This document shows positions 29,697-39,990 of a DNA stretch of 64,000 nucleotides, piece after piece. The stretch is from a virus. Where the stretch lies: the IMG/VR virus record IMGVR_UViG_3300017987_000013, positions 8,340-72,339 of that record. One strand, written 5' to 3'. Both the position numbers and the translations under genes were made by a program. The stretch's first letter is position 1; the number at the start of each line of letters is the position of its first letter. The notes under the pieces were generated by a model. The model had not been told where the DNA came from, made no database searches, and saw nothing but the letters and a program-made list of their open reading frames with translations.

Positions 29697-30032
29697 TCAT
29701 TTCTTCCAACAATAGATAGTGCGTTCAGCCCCTTCGGCAGCGTTCAAGACAGGCCAAATGAACCCCAGTGGCGCGAGCGCATCGGCCTCGGAGCCAGTCA
29801 AGGTGTACGCCCGACTCGTTGTGATCGTCACTGACACCTGATTGCCGGCGGAGTCGTAAACCGGGACTACACTATCGTCCGCTCCCTCGGCAGTAGTGAA
29901 CGTCATTGTGTTCGACGTAAGGGCTGCCGGCGTGATGAACGCAAGCATCGTGGCCTCGCCCATTACAATGGGGCTAGTTGGTGTAGTCCCGCCGCTCGGG
30001 ATCGTGACGGTTACAAGTCTTGGTATTCCCAT
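29697..30032 (-). CDS. small beta-rich virion protein
   Basis: T-rich ORF in the structural operon; GGAG RBS. Confidence 0.5.
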   Translation of the reverse strand: MGIPRLVTVTIPSGGTTPTSPIVMGEATMLAFITPAALTSNTMTFTTAEGADDSVVPVYDSAGNQVSVTITTSRAYTLTGSEADALAPLGFIWPVLNAAEGAERTIYCWKK

Positions 30033-30035
30033 TTT

Positions 30036-30203
30036 TTATCTCCTATGCCTCTTCCGCCACAAACGGCGGCGTCTTGCAGGCGAATAGTTTCCTTCACCGA
30101 ACCCGCCCCCACCACCAGTCGGCGATCCTGCCGAGAACCCGCCACCGAAAAACACGACGCCGTTGATGCTGACGATAGACCAGTTGGAATCGAAGGTGAT
30201 CAT
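30036..30203 (-). CDS. 55-aa Gly-rich protein with Arg-rich tail (not in the ORF track)
   Basis: MITFDSNWSIVSINGVVFFGGG...RRRRLWRKRHRR*; ATGA overlap with the upstream gene; fills the gap. Confidence 0.55.
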   Translation of the reverse strand: MITFDSNWSIVSINGVVFFGGGFSAGSPTGGGGGFGEGNYSPARRRRLWRKRHRR

Positions 30204-31426
30204 GAGCGCGCCTCAGTCCAGAATTCGACGGTTGTCGGTTTCGCGTTCGTCGACGTCGCCACAAGGTAGATGTGGTCGGCGTTCATTTCGGTCGCCGTGA
30301 GCGCCGGGCTCGTTGTTATCTGGTAGTGGCCTGTAGACCCGATCTCGGCGATCGTACCATCGATAGACGCGGGCGTTCCACCGTCCTTCTGAATCGTCAT
30401 CGTGACGGTCTCGCCAGTCACGACATCACCGTTCGCGTCCTTCATCGGCCACGACAGGTCCTCAACTTCAACGCCTTTCTCGAACCCGGCGGGCTCAAGC
30501 ATGTTCGTGACGAGCTGCTTGACGTAGGCCATCACGGTGTCTGTGTCGGTCGCTGCGCCCGTCGCCGTGGCGTCGTCCAGAGCACCCAAAACAGTGAGCA
30601 CCGAAGAAGCATCGACAGTAGGAATACTGTTTGTCGGGCTTTTGGGAGCCGCGTAGACAGCCCCCACGATCGTTCCTGACGGTATATCACCACCGTCAGC
30701 CGTAAACGCAGGATCTACCGTGATTACCCTGCTCGCACCGACAGTCCCGAAGTGGATGCGCCCATTGCAGTCGGTACCGCTTCTGAGAACCATCATCACC
30801 CGCGCGCCTTCGTAGATGGCGTTCGCATCCGCCTCATCGGCCATCGTGATGGTCGTTGCGTTCGCCGCGCTGAAGGTTCCCGACCACAGTTTTATGTCGG
30901 TCAACCCGGCAAGTAGCGCTGTGATATTTGCGTCTAGTGTGTCGAGATCTAGTTCTCCAGCATCAGAGATCGGCAACCCACCAGCCGCGTCAGCAGCAGC
31001 GTCGGGCACAGCCGTACCCGCAAGCCCGCGTGTTGCGCTCCAAGCCGACTCGATGAGCTTATCGTTTAGATCCGAGTCTCGGAATCCGCATATCGGCCCT
31101 CGCCACGTAAGCGATGCCGTGCATTTCCCGGTAAACCAACCGAACCCTTCAGTGTCGTTATTGATCGTGCCACCAGAAGCAGGAATTTCGATGGTGTACA
31201 TACCGTTCCCGGCATGAGCCCAATCATGAACCCCACCTGTAGTAGGAGTCACGTTCGTTTGCGTAAACGCACCGGCCGGTGTGATGAAGTTCCAGTTGAG
31301 GTCTAACCCATCCTCATCGTAGGTCAATGCCTCTTCAATATCCTCACCAGCGGTGTCAATGATCGGCAGAATGTTGACTGGCACCTCAGCCAAGGCCGCG
31401 TCTACGTCATACCATATGTCTGCCAT
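30200..31426 (-). CDS. acidic virion/tail protein
   Basis: D/T/A/G-rich 408 aa in the tail module. Confidence 0.6.
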   Translation of the reverse strand: MADIWYDVDAALAEVPVNILPIIDTAGEDIEEALTYDEDGLDLNWNFITPAGAFTQTNVTPTTGGVHDWAHAGNGMYTIEIPASGGTINNDTEGFGWFTGKCTASLTWRGPICGFRDSDLNDKLIESAWSATRGLAGTAVPDAAADAAGGLPISDAGELDLDTLDANITALLAGLTDIKLWSGTFSAANATTITMADEADANAIYEGARVMMVLRSGTDCNGRIHFGTVGASRVITVDPAFTADGGDIPSGTIVGAVYAAPKSPTNSIPTVDASSVLTVLGALDDATATGAATDTDTVMAYVKQLVTNMLEPAGFEKGVEVEDLSWPMKDANGDVVTGETVTMTIQKDGGTPASIDGTIAEIGSTGHYQITTSPALTATEMNADHIYLVATSTNAKPTTVEFWTEARS

Positions 31427-31437
31427 CTTTTATACTC

Positions 31438-32133
31438 CTACTGCTGTTTGTAAGAACTCATCGCTATCGGGATTGAGAGCCCGGATTCAGCCGCGAGGGT
31501 AGATAACCCTAGTGTCGCGTAGTTCATGTAACCATTTGCAGTTAATTCCATCAACACACTTGCTGCACCGGGACCAGTGGCTACACATATTCCGCAATTG
31601 CCATCGGTTGTATTTACACCGCTTGCCCGGTCAACTTGTCCAGTACCATCAACTGTCCATGTACGATTTTGATCTATCCCCGCTGCGGCAATTACTAGAT
31701 CACCAGTGGCCGATGTGACTGTTATGTCAGCCTCAATAGGTGACGACGCGTCGGCACCCGATGCCGTAGTGTAGTTTTCGTAAATTGTAGATTGGTCATT
31801 GTCATAGAGAGAGATGGCCACAATACAACATGATACCGCCGCAGCGCCACCACCGTGTTGCACACTAACAGTTTGCGAGCCAGAGGCAGGGTTTTCTAAT
31901 TTCCAGCCTTGTATGTAAATCGCACCTGATGCAACCCTAGCCCCAAGTGAGTCCATTGACACACTATTGATAGTGACGCCAGATACAGTGTGCCCCGACC
32001 CTCCACGATAACAAACATACACATAGGAGACCCGATCACTGCCTGACCCGTTATCGTGCGAAAACGTGACTGACGTGCCGCCAGTGTCGAGCGATGTGTC
32101 GTTTTTTAGTGTAGCACCGTAATATGTTGACAT
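31438..32133 (-). CDS. beta-sandwich virion protein
   Basis: S/T/G-rich; lower GC than neighbours. Confidence 0.55.
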   Translation of the reverse strand: MSTYYGATLKNDTSLDTGGTSVTFSHDNGSGSDRVSYVYVCYRGGSGHTVSGVTINSVSMDSLGARVASGAIYIQGWKLENPASGSQTVSVQHGGGAAAVSCCIVAISLYDNDQSTIYENYTTASGADASSPIEADITVTSATGDLVIAAAGIDQNRTWTVDGTGQVDRASGVNTTDGNCGICVATGPGAASVLMELTANGYMNYATLGLSTLAAESGLSIPIAMSSYKQQ

Positions 32134-35100
32134 TAGACGGTTCCTGGCCCGATACGTGCAGTTGAGACCGCAAAGCCATCAACATAGTAGTCGATGACTC
32201 CATTAGTGTTCGTGGCGTTCATAATGTCGCAGAAACCGCAGAAACTCAGTCCGAGCGAACTACCGCGAGCACCAGCATCGAGATAATAATGACTGCCTAT
32301 CAGCTCCCATCCCGCACCAGGGTCATTCGGGTAACCAGGCCAAATCGGTGAGCCGTCATACCAGAACCCCACACGAGGATACGTGTAGCCGTTCCTTACG
32401 TAGTGGTATTCAATGTGGTGCCACGCGTTTAACGGCCACGGCTCTGGCCAGCCAGGAGAGTTAGTTGCACCCGCCTCTTGGTCCCAGCCCCAATACAAAT
32501 AGTCGTCATTAGCTCCCAAACCGAAGAACAACCCGCCATTATTGACGGTGCCGGGATTTGACCAATGACGCAAGAACTTGAGTTGGGTGTCAGGGTAGTT
32601 AGTCGCGTAGAGCCAAAACGCAACGTATATAGCGTCATACGACTGAGCAGATGCCTGATCGTACTGACGCGCACTCCAATTGACACCCATACTGATAACG
32701 CGCTCGCTCGTATGATCGGCCCCAGATGGTAATTGTATATGCGCTGCATACGTACCCTGATACGCCTGCGCCGTGGATCGCTCACACACCCCGTTGTTGA
32801 GTCCTGTTGGGTCACTGGCGCCGTAGATGTGCTGATCCAAATGCCCCCAATCGGACTCAACCCACTGCTGTTCTACAATGTCAGGTGTTGCGTACACATC
32901 AGTAGGTGCACCACCGTAAAGATCGAAATCGTCCAACCACATAGTTTGGTTCGCTGGCGACCCTACACCAATGTATGGCGCAACAAGTAATTGATTGAAC
33001 AACATGGAATCTTCACCGGCTCTGGCGCGATATTCCATTACGGAGTTGTCAATTACTAATTCACTATCAAACCACAGTTGCGCAACACCATCAGCTACTC
33101 CTACGGAAGAGTTCATCGCAAGGTGTGCTTGTATGTGATGCCAATCACCTTTGTAGTTATCGCCTTCGGCATCTGTTAGTACCACTGCTGACGTAACCAA
33201 CTGTTCCCCTGGATGCCCCGAGGGACCAATGCCTATTTGCATATACGAGCCAGTAGACCCGTTGTGGTGCGATTCTATTAGTACTTCAAGGGTTGCGCTG
33301 GCAGGACCAACGTAAGCGCTGTCTGCGTCTGTTAGTATGTAGAACTCATGCGGGTGATAACCAACACCAGAACCCTCCCAATTACTTGAGTACTTCACCC
33401 AATAATCCAGTGTGATGTCGTCTGACGCTGTAAACAAATGCCGACCTAAACCGCCATTAGGACTTTGGTCACTCACGTCAAATTCAAACTCAATGCACGC
33501 AGCGCCGGTTCTTTGTTCACTGGTGGAATTGGCCACCGTACTGACATCATACCATCCGCGTGACGTGTAACTCGTATCCTCGAAATCCTCTGTTATCAAT
33601 GCAGAGGTCGGAACCGACACGCTAATCGTCGGAGTCGCCACGATCGCCTCAGAAGATCCCACAAGAGCAGAGGCGGGCATGGTACAAGTAACCGTCTCTG
33701 CGCCCTCGTAGCTCGCGGCAGCAGGCAACACAAGCGTGCACTGCGTTGCTGAGTTTCTCGTCAACATCGCATACGTGAGACTCGCTTTGACTTCATCATC
33801 CCAGAACCCTGCGCCTGAGCCGTCGCCGTCTATACCAGCCAGGAACGCGGTTGTGATAGCATTATCTGCGCCGAGAGTGGCAACCCATTCGTCGTTCGAT
33901 ACAGTAAAGATGAGAGTCTCGCTACCGTCGATTACTTCCTGCTCTGTCATGCCCGACGCGCCCGTGCCGGTGATAGCCACTGCGGCATGCCCAACCGTGA
34001 CTGTAGGTGTCGCCGTCACTGCCAACTGAGACGACGACAACGCGCTCGTCGGGACGATCGCCGTGATCGTCTCATCGGCTGTGACCTCGTAGGCTGCGGT
34101 CGCCGGTAGCGTCAGTGTGCACTGGGTCGCATTGTCTCTTGTGAGCATTGTGTAGTCGAGGCTCACTTCGTTGTTCCAGCCATGAGTCGGCGACGACGCG
34201 GCAGTAATTCCTGCAAGAAAGGCCGTCGTGATGGCGTTGTCAGCGCCCAACGTCGCGACAAACTCGTCGTCAGTAACCGTGAAGATCAACGTCTCGCTGC
34301 CAGTGAGGACTTCGAGTTCCGTTAGGCCAGAACCGCCCGTGCCCGTAATCGCGATTGTTGGTCTGAACAGCACCTGGAACGTCGGCGCTGCTGTTAACGC
34401 GGCGGCCGATCCACTAACGGCGGACGCCGGAACCGTGACGGTAATGGTTTCGTCAGCCGTGATGTCGTAACTCGCGAATGCCGGTAGGGTGATCGTGACT
34501 GTTGTGCTGTCTGTTCTAACCACATTGGCATACGTGAGGCCAGCTTGGACAACATCATTCCAACCAGTTCCCTCCGATTGTGCGGAATCGATACCGCCAA
34601 TCAACGCTGTCGTGACCGCGTTGTCGTCGCCGACAGAAGTTTCCCAACTAATTCCGGCTCCTGCCAGTGTCAGGACCAGCGTCCTACCGCCAGCAACAAT
34701 GTTCGCCTCTTCGGCAGTCGTGACCGTCCCAGACACACTGCACGACGTCTGTGTGACGTCGACGGTCGGCGTCGCTACGATCTGTGAGGAAGACGCAACC
34801 AAAGCAGAAGCCGGTATCGTCGCTGTGATTGTTTCGTTGACAGTGATTGAGTACGTAGCGGCCGCTGGCAACGTAAGGGTCGCCTGAGTGGCATTGTCCC
34901 GCGTAAGCGCTGCGTACGTCAGGTTGTCCCGAACGACGTTGTTCCAACCGTACGTTTCTGATTGCGCCGACGTGATACCATCAAGAAATGCGGTTGTGAT
35001 CGCGTTGTCAGCTCCGAGCGTAGCTACCCATTGATCGCCTGTGAGGGTGAATATCAGCGTCAATCCACCATCAACCACACTTGCCTCAATACCGGCAGTT

Positions 35101-35675
35101 GTCAGAGTGCCAGTCAAAGCAACAGCTTCAACAACGTTGTCGATCTGGACCGTGTTCGATGCGACGAGCGCTTCTGTTGCGTTTTCGAGGTTGTCAGCGG
35201 GAATCGTTGCCGTGAGCGTCTCATTCGCGGTAATCGCATAATTGGCGAATGCTGGCAGTGTGATTGTGACGACGGTGTCACTAGTTCTCGTGACATGTTC
35301 GTACGTCAGCCCCGCAGAAACGACGTTATCCCACCCATACGTCTCGCTCTGGGCCGACACGATCCCGGCCAGCAGGCCAGTCGTGTAGCTGTTGTCGGCA
35401 CCGATCGTTGGAATCCAAGTAGTGCCCGCAGCCGTCAAAATGAGAGTGTACCCACCCGATACAATCCCGTCCTGATCAGCCGATTGCGTCAGTGTGCCAC
35501 TCAGATTCACAACAGGCGTAGGCGTGCCAGGTGCGGTGAACGACCCCGGCCACACAGTGCCGCTAATCGAGAAATGCCACGGTCCCGTCATTCTTTTGAC
35601 CCCAAGAAATAGCCGATCACCAGCAACGCACCTGTCACCGGGATGCTCGGTAGTTTCAGTTCGAATGGTTGCCAA
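32133..35675 (-). CDS. putative receptor-binding/fibre protein: 5 x ~125-aa repeats + two lectin/lyase-like domains
   Basis: Five copies of TL(I/V)xT...GADNAITT...W....LTY...R...TLPA...ET; C-terminal WHHIQAHL/WHHIEYHY motifs. Confidence 0.7.
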   Translation of the reverse strand: MATIRTETTEHPGDRCVAGDRLFLGVKRMTGPWHFSISGTVWPGSFTAPGTPTPVVNLSGTLTQSADQDGIVSGGYTLILTAAGTTWIPTIGADNSYTTGLLAGIVSAQSETYGWDNVVSAGLTYEHVTRTSDTVVTITLPAFANYAITANETLTATIPADNLENATEALVASNTVQIDNVVEAVALTGTLTTAGIEASVVDGGLTLIFTLTGDQWVATLGADNAITTAFLDGITSAQSETYGWNNVVRDNLTYAALTRDNATQATLTLPAAATYSITVNETITATIPASALVASSSQIVATPTVDVTQTSCSVSGTVTTAEEANIVAGGRTLVLTLAGAGISWETSVGDDNAVTTALIGGIDSAQSEGTGWNDVVQAGLTYANVVRTDSTTVTITLPAFASYDITADETITVTVPASAVSGSAAALTAAPTFQVLFRPTIAITGTGGSGLTELEVLTGSETLIFTVTDDEFVATLGADNAITTAFLAGITAASSPTHGWNNEVSLDYTMLTRDNATQCTLTLPATAAYEVTADETITAIVPTSALSSSQLAVTATPTVTVGHAAVAITGTGASGMTEQEVIDGSETLIFTVSNDEWVATLGADNAITTAFLAGIDGDGSGAGFWDDEVKASLTYAMLTRNSATQCTLVLPAAASYEGAETVTCTMPASALVGSSEAIVATPTISVSVPTSALITEDFEDTSYTSRGWYDVSTVANSTSEQRTGAACIEFEFDVSDQSPNGGLGRHLFTASDDITLDYWVKYSSNWEGSGVGYHPHEFYILTDADSAYVGPASATLEVLIESHHNGSTGSYMQIGIGPSGHPGEQLVTSAVVLTDAEGDNYKGDWHHIQAHLAMNSSVGVADGVAQLWFDSELVIDNSVMEYRARAGEDSMLFNQLLVAPYIGVGSPANQTMWLDDFDLYGGAPTDVYATPDIVEQQWVESDWGHLDQHIYGASDPTGLNNGVCERSTAQAYQGTYAAHIQLPSGADHTSERVISMGVNWSARQYDQASAQSYDAIYVAFWLYATNYPDTQLKFLRHWSNPGTVNNGGLFFGLGANDDYLYWGWDQEAGATNSPGWPEPWPLNAWHHIEYHYVRNGYTYPRVGFWYDGSPIWPGYPNDPGAGWELIGSHYYLDAGARGSSLGLSFCGFCDIMNATNTNGVIDYYVDGFAVSTARIGPGTV

Positions 35676-36298
35676 CGAGGCGGTAACGGATTACAGATTC
35701 CAGCTTGCTGTGCGACCGAGTCTATGGCGATTGACGCCCAGGGAGGTCCCGTTATGTACGCCGCCGCCATTGGACCTTCGCACTGAAGCCCTAGAGATAG
35801 ACTCAGGGGCTCTCGAGCCACCGACCACGTCCACGTCGGCGCTTCAAGACTGCGCGGGATAGTGACTTCAGCCCCCACCTCTAGCCCCAGGCTATCACGC
35901 GCATCCAGGTGCCCTTCAGCCCTCACGGTCCCCATCGAATCAATGGTCGCGTCTTTCCCCACGAGCACCGCTTCAAGGCTGTCGCCCCAAATCTGGAACT
36001 CAGCCAGTGCCACACCCAGCACCTCCACCGAATCCAGCATGTCGCCATACGCGGTACGGGCCGCACGGAGGTTGATCTTCCCTTCCTCAAGCTGAAATGC
36101 GAGCCGGCGCGTCACAGCCACCTGAGAATCGCTCAGTACCGCGAGCCGTGTGATTTCTTGATCCTTGGCCGCAAGCTGGTTCGCAAACGCGACTCTTTCG
36201 TCGCGGAGTTCTGACCGTAGGGACTGAGCCCACACCCACGTTCCTACAGCAAGTAGGCAAGCAATCACAGATACTGCGATCGACAGTCGCTTCATCAC
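35588..36298 (-). CDS. spanin-like membrane protein
   Basis: N-terminal TM, coiled coil, C-terminal hydrophobic segment; follows the endolysin. Confidence 0.5.
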   Translation of the reverse strand: MMKRLSIAVSVIACLLAVGTWVWAQSLRSELRDERVAFANQLAAKDQEITRLAVLSDSQVAVTRRLAFQLEEGKINLRAARTAYGDMLDSVEVLGVALAEFQIWGDSLEAVLVGKDATIDSMGTVRAEGHLDARDSLGLEVGAEVTIPRSLEAPTWTWSVAREPLSLSLGLQCEGPMAAAYITGPPWASIAIDSVAQQAGICNPLPPRWQPFELKLPSIPVTGALLVIGYFLGSKE

Positions 36299-36798
36299 AC
36301 TAACTCCTTCAACGCATCAATCCACCGCACGAACTTCGTCCTGTTGTTGATCGCCCGTGTTCGCTCAAAAACACCCCACCCATCACGCGATCCACTCACA
36401 GGCGCAGTATTTCCCTCGCAAGTTCTGTAACCGTCCGTGAGAGATTTCGTCACGAACCCGATGTGTCCATGGCGCTTGAGCCGCGGGTAGTAGAGCAGAA
36501 AGAAATCGCCAGACTTCGGCACCGGTCGTAGTAACTCGTGCGCAGAAGCCCAGTCGTACACGTCTTCCACCAGTGCCGTTCTCGGTACCGGCCACGCGTG
36601 CCCGAACACCTGACGACCGATATTCCAGACCCATGCGCAACACCACGGAAGCCCCAACGGCACACCCGATTCCTTGAGCCAGTAATCGATCTCAACGCTA
36701 CGATTAGAGCTACGCGGCACTTCTCGTACCTTTCGGTACTTCGCGGCCTCAGCAAGCACGTTCACCGCAGGATCCTCGATCGTGAACGAATACGTCAT
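36295..36798 (-). CDS. CHAP-domain endolysin
   Basis: PWCCAWV, PKSGD, GHIGFV, EGNT motifs. Confidence 0.85.
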   Translation of the reverse strand: MTYSFTIEDPAVNVLAEAAKYRKVREVPRSSNRSVEIDYWLKESGVPLGLPWCCAWVWNIGRQVFGHAWPVPRTALVEDVYDWASAHELLRPVPKSGDFFLLYYPRLKRHGHIGFVTKSLTDGYRTCEGNTAPVSGSRDGWGVFERTRAINNRTKFVRWIDALKELV

Positions 36799-37101
36799 TC
36801 AAGTAGGCTCCGTCCCATCTTCGGCGCCCGCCTGCCGGCGTTCAACGATCTTTGCTTTAGCACTCGCGATCGCTTGCGCTGTTTTACCGATCTGGCTCGA
36901 GAGATGTTGCGCGATTCGCGGTCCGCCAGCCCAGCTCGCCAGGGCGATAACGAGACTGCCCAAGAGCGTCCATGCGGCAGACGCCACGACCGCGAGGCCG
37001 AACGAATCGGCGATGATCATCAGGAACACGAAAACAAGCGTTGCCCAGAACGCACACCGCGCACTGGACCAATTACCTTGTTCGTCTTGTAGCAAACTCA
37101 T
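36799..37101 (-). CDS. holin
   Basis: Two TMs after GNWSSAR; directly upstream of the endolysin. Confidence 0.65.
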   Translation of the reverse strand: MSLLQDEQGNWSSARCAFWATLVFVFLMIIADSFGLAVVASAAWTLLGSLVIALASWAGGPRIAQHLSSQIGKTAQAIASAKAKIVERRQAGAEDGTEPT

Positions 37102-37109
37102 ACCGCCCC

Positions 37110-37790
37110 CTACCATCTGCCGTATATCTGCGGCCTCCTCCATTGCTTGTTCTGCTTTCCTTGTCGGGCGAACTTCTGTGCTCGACGTTCAGCAGATAAT
37201 ACGGCTTCCCTGATAGTGCGTTTATCGGTTTCATCGCCCACGTACCAACTCTCGTCTTTGGCGAGATTCGCGGCGTAGGCAACGATCAAAGACCGTACGA
37301 TGATTGGGAAATCGATGGTGACAGCGGCAGTCCATTCGGGGTGCTGATAGTGGTATTTGAGGTAGACTGTCGGCGGGGACGCAGTGCGAGCAAGCCAGAG
37401 CTTGTCGCCTACGAAATAGAAATAGTTACCTTTGACGTTGTCATCTTCATCGTCGATCAGTTGCCCCCAGCGGTCCCCGTTCACCTTTACCAACGGGGAT
37501 TTTTCCTTGTGCCCGTCCGCTTTCAAAAAATCGGCCGGCAAAGATGCATATTGACCGCCAGTAGTAGCATCAGTGCCAGCCCATGTCAAAGCAGCCGTCC
37601 GCTGTCGCCAGCCCCGATACCCCTGATCAATCAGGTATACCTGAGCGTCGTGGCACCCTTGAGTGAGGTAGATGTAACCAATCTCGTCCTCTGCCTCACC
37701 CAATTCCGTAAGCGCGTAATCGGTTGGGACTGACCCAAGTAGCCGATACCACGCTTCCAAAATCTGGGCAACACTCTCGAGCTGTGCCAT
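37110..37790 (-). CDS. putative head-tail adaptor
   Basis: YASLPADFL motif; helical termini; position after the head genes. Confidence 0.6.
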   Translation of the reverse strand: MAQLESVAQILEAWYRLLGSVPTDYALTELGEAEDEIGYIYLTQGCHDAQVYLIDQGYRGWRQRTAALTWAGTDATTGGQYASLPADFLKADGHKEKSPLVKVNGDRWGQLIDDEDDNVKGNYFYFVGDKLWLARTASPPTVYLKYHYQHPEWTAAVTIDFPIIVRSLIVAYAANLAKDESWYVGDETDKRTIREAVLSAERRAQKFARQGKQNKQWRRPQIYGRW

Positions 37791-37793
37791 CGC

Positions 37794-38522
37794 CTAGTAA
37801 CTTGCCTCCGCCGCTGTTCGGGCCTCTTCTCGGGCTTCGGTCATCTGCGCCTGAAGCTCGATTTCCCGCGCCCTGGCAGTCTCTTCGCCACGTACCCGCT
37901 CACCGTTCGACAACGTCCACCACGGACCTTTTTCGTCGGCTATCGGGTAAATCGTGGGTTCTGGTTCTGAAACCTCTTCCACTTGATCAGCAACTTCCTC
38001 CGCCGCGGTAGCAGGCTGTTGCGTCAGACGCTCCATGACTTCGTTCGCGTCCAATCCGCCGTCAACCAACACCTGGGCGAGTACACCATCCATTGCCTTG
38101 ATACGCTTTTTGCGCTCTGCAGCCGCGAGCTCTGCTTCTGATGGCGGCGCGTAATCCACGAGCACCACATTGCAGTTGCCACAGTCCTCGAGGTAGAACA
38201 ACCGCTCCTCTTGAACCACGTTGGGCTTGTTCCTGGGAATCACCTTCTGGTTCTGGGTACCCTTGGTGTACTGACGTTCGCCAAACGTGCCGCAAACCGT
38301 GCATTCAGGGGTATCAGACTCTTCGTTGTCCCAAGTGTGTTTCGCGCCACACTTGTCGCTCCGCTCCGCAACGATGTACGGCACTGGGCGGTTCATCGCG
38401 CGGGTTTGTTTCCAGAGTTGGTGTTTCCCGTCATGGGTGAATCCGGCGGGTACGGCGCCTCTCGGCGGAATGATCTGTGTACGTACGCGCGGGATTTTCT
38501 GTACCATGCCTCGCTGACTCAT
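37794..38522 (-). CDS. hypothetical protein
   Basis: 242-aa ORF, ATGA-coupled; CxxC motifs; GPWWTLSNGERVRG. Confidence 0.6.
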   Translation of the reverse strand: MSQRGMVQKIPRVRTQIIPPRGAVPAGFTHDGKHQLWKQTRAMNRPVPYIVAERSDKCGAKHTWDNEESDTPECTVCGTFGERQYTKGTQNQKVIPRNKPNVVQEERLFYLEDCGNCNVVLVDYAPPSEAELAAAERKKRIKAMDGVLAQVLVDGGLDANEVMERLTQQPATAAEEVADQVEEVSEPEPTIYPIADEKGPWWTLSNGERVRGEETARAREIELQAQMTEAREEARTAAEASY

Positions 38523-39094
38523 TTTTTAACGCTCCTTGGTTTCGGTCCCTGAAGGTCAATTCCGACCCCCAGAAACGGAATTTTCAGTCGGGATCGGCGC
38601 CTATCTCTTGCGCGTCTCCGGACCCTGTCTTCTGCTTCTTGTTCCTGCTTCTGCTGCTTTGCTTCGTTTATTTCGTCGGCCCTGCGTATCGCATCTTCCA
38701 ACGACGCGAACTCGCCACGGCCGCTGTGCACATTGCCTTTCTCCAAGAACTGGCGTACGCCCGACGCCCCTAACTCATGGATGTTGAGCGGTATATACCT
38801 GTCCTGCCAGCCCGTCGATTCAGGGTTTTCAACGTGCAACCAGATCTCTTCAACCGGCCGCTCCGCCATCCGGCCTTCCTGGAACGTGACGTTGCGTTTG
38901 TCCTCGGGATGCAAAGTCATGTCGACCCGCCAGGTACCTTCCAGGACGCGCCCTTTGGCCCCCATTTTGGTTGGGACAAACTTACAGATCGCGTGCCTGT
39001 TGGTTTCTCGGGCATACAGCTCTACCTCGTCGGCGACGTCGACCGGACAGACAGGCATGTCGGCCCGATTCGCTAATGTGGCAATCAGTCCCAT
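38519..39094 (-). CDS. hypothetical protein
   Basis: ORF in the head operon. Confidence 0.6.
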   Translation of the reverse strand: MGLIATLANRADMPVCPVDVADEVELYARETNRHAICKFVPTKMGAKGRVLEGTWRVDMTLHPEDKRNVTFQEGRMAERPVEEIWLHVENPESTGWQDRYIPLNIHELGASGVRQFLEKGNVHSGRGEFASLEDAIRRADEINEAKQQKQEQEAEDRVRRRARDRRRSRLKIPFLGVGIDLQGPKPRSVKK

Positions 39095-39095
39095 A

Positions 39096-39524
39096 TCAGA
39101 TCCGCGGCTCGTAGTCGATTTCAACCAGCAGGTCACCCGGACCCGCCGAACACCCGCTCGCAGTAACCGTCACTTCAAGCAACTGGTTTTCGGTTAGCCG
39201 GAGGTTGGCGTAAGTGGTCGTGAGACTCGCTGCCACACCCGTCTTTGCCGCTGCCGCCGATGCGAAATCGATGTCGGTCGCCGCCGACTGAAGCGAATTC
39301 CCTGTCGCACCAGATGTGGTACGAGCATATACCTGCGCCGTTAGAGTCGTGGCCGTAGGGCCAGCCTGGCCGTAAAACCGAATGCCGACCACACGACACT
39401 TCTGCGGTATCGAACCGACGATCTTGGTTTGGGTGCTGACCGCACCCGTCCCCAATACCACGACCCCTTGAATCGATTGGTTGTTACCGCCTCGTCCTGA
39501 ATGCGGCGTGCGTCTATCGGTCAT
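39096..39524 (-). CDS. putative capsid decoration protein
   Basis: T/A/G-rich beta protein near the capsid gene; AGGAGG RBS. Confidence 0.5.
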   Translation of the reverse strand: MTDRRTPHSGRGGNNQSIQGVVVLGTGAVSTQTKIVGSIPQKCRVVGIRFYGQAGPTATTLTAQVYARTTSGATGNSLQSAATDIDFASAAAAKTGVAASLTTTYANLRLTENQLLEVTVTASGCSAGPGDLLVEIDYEPRI

Positions 39525-39536
39525 CGACGCATCCTC

Positions 39537-39668
39537 CTAGTTCAGCCCGTAGGCTTCACGAGCGTCTGGGTCGGCGGGTCCGCCATGAAACTTCAATCCT
39601 GGCTCCGCCTTCTTCGACTCCTGCTCAACTTTCGGAGCAGCTTCCTTGTCCTGCTTGCTCTTGGCCAT
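39537..39668 (-). CDS. 43-aa charged peptide (not in the ORF track)
   Basis: GGAGG RBS; MAKSKQDKEAAPKVEQESKKAEPGLKFHGGPADPDAREAYGLN*. Confidence 0.5.
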   Translation of the reverse strand: MAKSKQDKEAAPKVEQESKKAEPGLKFHGGPADPDAREAYGLN

Positions 39669-39670
39669 TG

Positions 39671-39946
39671 TTAAACCTCCGATACTGGTATAACCACACT
39701 GAAATTGGCGTACGGAGCGATGTGCTCATCGCCCTCGTATTCAATGGAGTCGTAAACAAACTCCCATTTCTTTGGACTCTCAACCTTGTACCAAGTCGAG
39801 ATTCCACCTTCGGAAGCAAGCCCCACCTCATCGTTCTCGGCGGGCAGCACTTCCATTCGGGAGCGCCATAGTTCTTCTCGGCTGTCTTCATCTACGAAGT
39901 GAACCGCAATGCCCGCTCGCCGTTTTCTATGTGGTGTCGTTTCCAT
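39671..39946 (-). CDS. hypothetical protein
   Basis: GAGGAG RBS; in operon. Confidence 0.5.
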   Translation of the reverse strand: METTPHRKRRAGIAVHFVDEDSREELWRSRMEVLPAENDEVGLASEGGISTWYKVESPKKWEFVYDSIEYEGDEHIAPYANFSVVIPVSEV

Positions 39947-39958
39947 GCTTATCTCCTC

Positions 39959-39982
39959 AAGGGAGGGGCCTGAGCCCCTCCC
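39959..39982 (-). terminator. GC hairpin (weak terminator or RNA-stability element)
   Basis: GGGAGGGGC-TCAG-GCCCCTCCC-TT. Confidence 0.45.
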
Positions 39983-39990
39983 TAAAGAAC

